Below are positions 62,350 through 64,000 of a DNA stretch of 64,000 nt, one piece after another. Below the pieces are notes generated by a model, which did not search any database, was not told where the DNA came from, and was given only the letters and a program-made list of their open reading frames with translations. The position numbers were made by a program, and so were the translations under genes. Origin of the DNA: Gracilinanus agilis (Eukaryota); the NCBI RefSeq assembly GCF_016433145.1, contig NC_058135.1, positions 276,266,426 to 276,330,425 of the forward strand. The letters are read 5' to 3'. Positions within the stretch are counted from its first letter, which is position 1. Every line of letters begins with the position of its first letter.

Positions 62350-64000
62350 ACACAAGACAGGGCTATGGAAACATATATCCAGGCTCCTATTTTGACATCT
62401 ACTGCTTTAGAGTATATAGCAGCCTTACAAGAAATCACTAGGATTCTAACTCGAAGAACTAATAAAGCTCCAAACTTAGAGGATCAAAACATTATTGTTG
62501 TTCTATGAAAGGACAGGTCATATAGCAATGGAGTGAAAGAGAAAGAATCAGTAGTTTAGAAACAGAAGGTAGAATAATAATTGAGCCTCCCTCAGAGCTG
62601 GTATTTCTCATATTAATGACCATAGAGCTCCTCAGGGGAAATGCAGTCATTGCAAAGGATGCCACAGGAATCATGATTTATCATGGTATGAGAAAGAAGA
62701 AAGGACTTTAAGATCTGAGTTTAATGACTTTTCTTTACAGGACAATGATGTTTTAATTCCACTTATTCCAGTCTGTTTTCTTCCCCCTATAAAAAACAAA
62801 CAAACAAACAAAAACATGTAATTCTTAATATTGGAATCATTTACCATGATATTTTATTGGACACTGGGACCTCCAGGTATGTCTTAGGGAACAAACGTGA
62901 TTATGAGTGTACCTTCATCTGGTCTTTAAAAATGCTTGGAGAGTCAGGAAAGCCTCAGAATATCTGTAAGAGTTCTCCTTACCTTGTGTCCTTGGATCCT
63001 TTGACAGTAGAACACTTATTCTTCCTAATGCCTGAATCCTCTATGAATACCTTAAGGGGAGATCTCTTATGTAGATTAAGAGCCACAATACCTTGTTCTC
63101 CTGATGGCTCCTTGTCTCTACAATTGCCTCTACAATGGAGAAGATTTTCACTCTCCATTTCATATCCCTATTCCTGAACTCTATCCCCCCTAACTGATAC
63201 AAAAAGGGAATAATAACTCCTTATCAATCTTCAAATAATTCACCTATTCTTACAGTAAAGAAGCCAGGCCCAAAGAGGAAGTATGTTTATTGTTTTGTGC
63301 AGAATTTATGTACAATTAATTCACATTTAATACCTAGGCATCAAGTGGTGCCAAACCCTGCAATTATTATCTCCTTAATCCCTAGTGAGGCTATATATTT
63401 TATAGTGGTAGCTCTCTTCTCTGCTTTGTTTTCTATCCCTATCCATATAAATTCTAAAAAAAATTTTTTCTTTCATCTAGAAAGGTGTTCAAAGTGGATA
63501 TGGACTAACCTGCCTTAGGGGCATATACAGAGCTCAACTTTATTCTCTCCAACTCTACAGTGGGACTTAGCTGTAATTTTAAAGGTGCTATTTTAGGTCA
63601 ATAGGTAGATGATCTGCTTTTAGTAGTACCAAATGCAGGGCATGTCAAAAAGATAAAATTTATTCTCTTAGAGATCCACCAGAAGTGCCATAAGGCTCTA
63701 ATCAAAGGTACAGTGGTACTATCTACAGGTAAAATATTTAGGTTTTATTTCAGCTTCTGGAACCTACTCCATTTCTAACAAATTCAAGTTGTTCAGCAAT
63801 TGTCTGTTTCCTCCTCAAAGAGCCAAGTTAGAACAATTCTGGGATCCACTGGAGCCACTGGATTCTGTAGACAATGGATTCTTAACTATAGGGAGAATAC
63901 TAAGTCTCTTGTAGATCTGACTAAAATTTCAGCCTCTGAACCTCTTCAATTAGATTCCTAACATGTGTCATTTCTCACAGAACTGAAACATGCCATTCTG
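62350..64000 (+). mobile_element. Class I-like ERV gag-pro-pol remnant, running off the window end
   Basis: Zinc-knuckle relic GHIAME(C) at about 62510-62535; protease LLDTGTSRYVL...EHLFFLMPES...DLLCRLRAT (62854-63100); RT with SPILTVKKP, VVPNP, W..LP*G, *VDDLLL (YVDD relic at about 63602-63622), VKYLG and GFCRQWI. Confidence 0.9.

Noticed and set aside
1-64000. H-element-type OR enhancer 13-mer AACTTTTTAATGA, tRNA/rRNA genes, CRISPR arrays
   Set aside because: None found by eye; tRNA-like boxes belong to SINE heads. A motif scan is needed to exclude a degenerate Lhx2/Ebf enhancer.

Overview
Eukaryotic, AT-rich marsupial DNA. The SINE1_Mdo-type CORE-SINEs, MAR1/MIR and opossum-type L1s point to a didelphid opossum such as Monodelphis; this is inferred from repeats only. 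The window is part of a class II olfactory receptor (OR) cluster with four intact OR coding regions: an OR8I2 orthologue (+, 17481-18416), OR5T-like (-, 22987-23934), OR8J-like (+, 39800-40747) and OR8K-like (+, 59078-60037). There is also a 3' remnant of a second OR8J (55580-55975). The rest is mostly transposon-derived: a near full-length decayed L1, other L1/L2 pieces, two ERV remnants, several LTRs, SINEs, a hAT-like element, microsatellites and three assembly gaps. No prokaryotic features, CRISPR arrays or RNA genes were seen. The most interesting observations: (1) an old duplication of a whole OR8J unit left an orphan promoter/5' exon whose CDS is mostly deleted; (2) that nominally non-coding 5' exon keeps an ATG-led open frame in both copies, with frame-preserving indels and third-position-biased substitutions, suggesting a coding exon or conserved uORF; (3) a candidate start codon in an upstream exon of OR8I2; (4) the OR8K has both cysteines of one ECL2 disulfide replaced by Trp; (5) an isolated 147-bp HSP70 fragment; (6) a TSD-flanked, 5'-only 600-bp L1; (7) a fold-back inverted duplication in an L1. 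All alignments were done by eye, and family assignments are from memory rather than database searches.
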